Shown one piece after another: positions 63,270 to 64,000 of a stretch of 64,000 nt of DNA; the first letter of the stretch is position 1; every line of letters begins with the position of its first letter. The notes under the pieces were generated by a model, which saw only the letters and a program-made list of their open reading frames with translations, searched no databases and was not told where the DNA came from. This DNA comes from Spironucleus salmonicida (taxonomy: Eukaryota). The stretch covers positions 310,001-374,000 of the forward strand of contig NC_090603.1 of NCBI RefSeq assembly GCF_000497125.1. The letters are read 5' to 3'. The position numbers and the translations under genes are program-made.

Positions 63270-63926
63270 ATGATTCCATTACAAACCCTACAGGCTATAC
63301 TTCCTGCTACACCACATCTTATCACTGCTCACTAGTACAAAAATTAATTTGCAGCCGCCTGTTTAAACATGATCTATATATTTGACGACTTCTAGTTCAA
63401 ATTCACAATCGCTGTACCTTCAAAACCAACACAGCTACTTTTCAGTGAGAACCTGCTATACATCGCTACTGAATCTGGTTTTTATGGTGAATTTTCGGTC
63501 CAAACCCAGCTTTTTGTCTCTAAAAAAGATTTCTCTCAAAAAATCACAGCCCTCACAAATAAACACATTTTCCTTGGTAACGTCCTAGTTTTTGAAGACG
63601 AACACATGCCACTATCCACATCAATCAACTTTGCTGTAGAGTTTAATAACAATTACCTATTATTTGATATATAAGGTAATATGTTTGAATTAAGAGAAAA
63701 TAAATTGAGTTTACTCGCAGAGTTTCGGCCAATAATACAAGTAACCGCAAACAGTCAATTCCTTGCTATTTTGACGGATCAAAATCACGTTTTGCTCATA
63801 AATGACCAGTTTCAAGTCGTCAAAGAGCTAACAAAATAAGGTGTCGTAATCCGGTCCATTTCACTCAACCAAATTAATGATATTTTGTACGCGGCGGAAA
63901 ATGAGATTTTTGGAATAATGGAGTGA
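63270..63926 (+). CDS. Hypothetical beta-strand-rich protein, 218 aa
   Basis: Open code-6 frame MIPLQTLQAIL... to GAG-TGA. Confidence 0.7.
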
Positions 63927-63947
63927 AAAATCATTTTAAATTTGCAA

Positions 63948-64000
63948 TCACTTAAAAGTCATTTTTCCCCAGCATTCTTCGGCGATGTCCAAATCGCCGT
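63948..64000 (-). CDS. 3' end of a gene entering from the right edge
   Basis: ...GDLDIAEECWGKMTFK*, ending AAG-TGA. Confidence 0.45.
   Translation of the reverse strand, partial: GDLDIAEECWGKMTFK

Overview
This is eukaryotic, compact DNA with no introns I could find, from a hexamitid diplomonad, most likely Spironucleus (S. salmonicida-like). It uses genetic code 6 (TAA/TAG = Gln, TGA the only stop), so the supplied ORF track fragments the real genes; I re-translated them by hand. About 40 genes can be read. Recognisable ones are NOG2, a MORN-repeat protein, AspRS, an [FeFe]-hydrogenase, AMPK-gamma/SNF4, a pseudokinase-kinase tandem protein, a WD40-like protein, a KIF-binding protein, PTRHD1, ThrRS, a Kri1-like protein, two glucokinases, a DHHC-family acyltransferase with a DHTC motif, a divergent cyclophilin, a Myb protein, and several cysteine-rich membrane protein (CRMP) genes and pseudogenes. 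The main structure is a ~2.15-kb GC-rich inverted duplication (41860-44009 / 59359-61510). It homogenises the 3' part of two N-acylation-motif glucokinases, one with an intact and one with a degenerate ATP-binding motif. It also carries an ankyrin-like ORF coupled to glucokinase by an ATGA stop-start overlap, and the 3' end of a CRMP. Other notable items are a family of ~70-aa M[KR]PI microproteins, an AGTGA motif fused to about half of the stop codons, and a 58-copy GATATT satellite. All coordinates and family calls were made by eye, without database searches.
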